DNA from: Candidatus Curtissbacteria bacterium
Lineage (GTDB): Bacteria; Patescibacteriota; Microgenomatia; Curtissbacterales; GWA2-41-24
Direction: 5' to 3'
DNA length: 64,000 nucleotides
NCBI GenBank assembly: GCA_030647775.1
Contig: JAUSJC010000010.1
Location: forward strand, 433,334-497,333
The translations under genes were made by a program, and so were the position numbers. The notes beneath the pieces were generated by a model. The model did not search any database. It worked only from the letters and a program-made list of their open reading frames with translations, and was not told the DNA's origin. This document shows positions 63,982 to 64,000 of the stretch, one piece after another. Each line of letters begins with the position of its first letter. Position 1 is the stretch's first letter.

Positions 63982-63999
63982 TGCAGAACGAGGACCGCA
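63963..63999. repeat. second copy of the 37-bp direct repeat (window ends here)
   Basis: TAGGCCCGCAGTTCTGCATTGCAGAACGAGGACCGCA. Confidence 0.7.
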
Positions 64000-64000
64000 A

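Noticed and set aside
63249-63999. Possible CRISPR array from the 37-bp palindromic direct repeats
   Set aside because: Only two copies are visible, separated by about 680 bp that encode a LysM protein. Spacer length is incompatible with CRISPR, and no cas genes are present in the window.

Overview
AT-rich chromosomal fragment, apparently from a small-genome bacterium (Patescibacteria/CPR-like). This is an inference from short MurE/RecO, many tiny membrane ORFs and a compact dcw cluster. Coding is dense and mostly on the + strand. What is here, in order: (i) 1-8650 is an accessory, integrase-bearing region. It looks like two tandem related integrative elements, each organised as tyrosine integrase ... 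cargo ... terminase-small-like HTH gene. A deletion has fused the truncated HTH gene of copy 2 to the 3' end of the integrase of copy 1. The cargo includes a translationally coupled OLD-family ATPase/Toprim nuclease plus UvrD-like helicase pair, which is a Gabija-like (class 2 OLD) anti-phage module. Other cargo is a standalone receiver-domain protein and a PP2C phosphatase coupled to an unknown protein. (ii) 8692-13371 is a surface-polysaccharide locus (GT4, ManC-like NTase, WbaP-like sugar phosphotransferase, DUF4012 protein), followed by HAD/NUDIX hydrolases, recO, glyQS and a PurF-like amidophosphoribosyltransferase. (iii) 20469-42132 is an unusually complete division/cell-wall cluster: mraZ-rsmH-ftsL-ftsI-murE-(GlmU-like NTase::MurC fusion)-murB-murA-ddl-murF-mraY-murI-(unknown PP-loop-like protein)-murD-ftsW-murG-ftsQ-ftsA-ftsZ. 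A 10-bp-phased 4x direct repeat upstream of mraZ is a candidate MraZ operator. (iv) A DUF433/PIN-like toxin-antitoxin cassette sits immediately after ftsZ, flanked by a ~44-bp duplication of the ftsZ 3' end. (v) Housekeeping genes follow (yjjX-like NTPase, GIY-YIG, UDG4, MFS, cutA, cyclase, ileS, a second SEDS protein, rplU, rpmA, parB, lepB, tRNA-Val, O-antigen-ligase-like and PIG-V-like GT-C, purD, tRNA-Thr, tRNA-Gly, LysM protein). The most unusual signal is selfish small-repeat biology. A REP-associated tyrosine transposase (RAYT) at 47747-48394 is flanked by inverted copies of a 15-bp quasi-palindrome, TAGGGTC[C/G]GACCCTA. The same 15-mer occurs in frame inside six coding locations (GT4, the MurC fusion twice, ileS, and the RAYT itself twice). 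A second family of longer palindromic elements (core ATCCTGAGCGAAGTCGAAGGA, with GTCATCCTGAAC...GTTCAGGATGAC hairpins) fills intergenic regions. Two copies are inserted in frame in ileS and in a GT-C membrane protein as Ser/Arg-rich about 30-aa segments, and one supplies the C-terminus of a GIY-YIG protein. This resembles Rickettsia palindromic elements. All calls are from motif recognition in the supplied translations and sequence; no database searches were run.
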